DNA of 64,000 nucleotides. Origin: Opitutia bacterium (GTDB lineage Bacteria > Verrucomicrobiota > Verrucomicrobiia > Opitutales > T3Sed10-336). The notes beneath the pieces were generated by a model. The model saw nothing but the letters and a program-made list of their open reading frames with translations, did not search any database and was not told where the DNA came from. Position 1 is the stretch's first letter; each line of letters starts with the position of its first letter. The DNA lies in NCBI GenBank assembly GCA_050506795.1, contig JBJHCF010000006.1:89442-153441 (forward strand). Direction: 5' to 3'. The translations under genes and the position numbers were made by a program. Shown here piece after piece: positions 63,656-64,000 of this stretch.

Positions 63656-64000
63656 TACGGTAGTAAGGGGTCAGGCTTACGCGTTTAAGTTTAATCCGTT
63701 CTGGATTGCCGGTTTAGCTGTCGTCGATCTGGCTCTTCGCCCAGGGTCCGATGTGGGCGGCATCTACGATGGAGGTGAAAATGTCGGGCTGAAGCACCGA
63801 CCTACATTTATTCTATCGAACTGACTTCGACGCTTCTGTCAGGCGCGCAGCTCGACTTGTGATGGAAAGTTGGGGCAGATACGGTAGTAAGGGGTCAGGC
63901 TTACGCGTTTAAGTTTAATCCGTTCTGGATTGCCGGTTTAGCTGTCGTCGATCTGGCTCTTCGCCCAGGGTCCGATGTGGGCGGCATCTACGATGGAGGT
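63656..64000 (+). repeat. Direct repeat with 224-bp period, running off the window
   Basis: 63656-63776 is identical to 63880-64000 (121 bp, cut by the window end). The unit contains AAGGGGTCAGGCT and a REP-like tgtcgggctgaagcaccgacctaca at 63782-63806. Confidence 0.9.

Noticed and set aside
63656..64000. CRISPR array
   Set aside because: The repeat is at least 121 bp with a 224-bp period, and there are no cas genes or 25-45 bp repeat/spacer pattern.

Overview
GC-rich bacterial chromosome segment, most likely Verrucomicrobiota of class Opitutia. This assignment is an inference from the PVC-signature small basic protein, a dcw cluster with ftsZ and an internal LysM gene, and an exosortase. 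From left to right: (1) an accessory block of hypothetical and fragmentary genes downstream of tmRNA, with a truncated GIY-YIG cassette abutting the tmRNA 3' end; (2) HIT-phoH-7TM/HD-ybeY-DUF502-recO; (3) exosortase, PVC signature protein, cutA, rpoZ-smpB-thrB, an XRE regulator, trmL, oppABC and comM; (4) a two-gene dynamin-superfamily locus whose second member closely follows the eukaryotic EHD/sarcalumenin motif series and adds a transmembrane hairpin; (5) glmS; (6) a dcw cluster from mraZ to ftsZ in which murC and murD are absent, MurE has lost several signature motifs, and FtsZ has an altered T7 loop, while MurB, MurF, Ddl, MraY, MurG, FtsW and FtsI look intact; (7) two low-GC paralogous orphans and a complete IS1182-family element; (8) gcvR-like, sixA, PHP histidinol phosphatase, pdxH and tRNA-Arg(CCG); (9) an eight-gene Mrp antiporter operon, a beta-barrel, a CDF transporter, a GH35 enzyme, REP/MITE-like repeats, and a 224-bp-period direct repeat at the right edge. 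The best candidates for an undescribed system are the rewired peptidoglycan stem-peptide pathway and the bacterial EHD-like/dynamin pair. All family calls come from motif recognition by eye; no searches were run.
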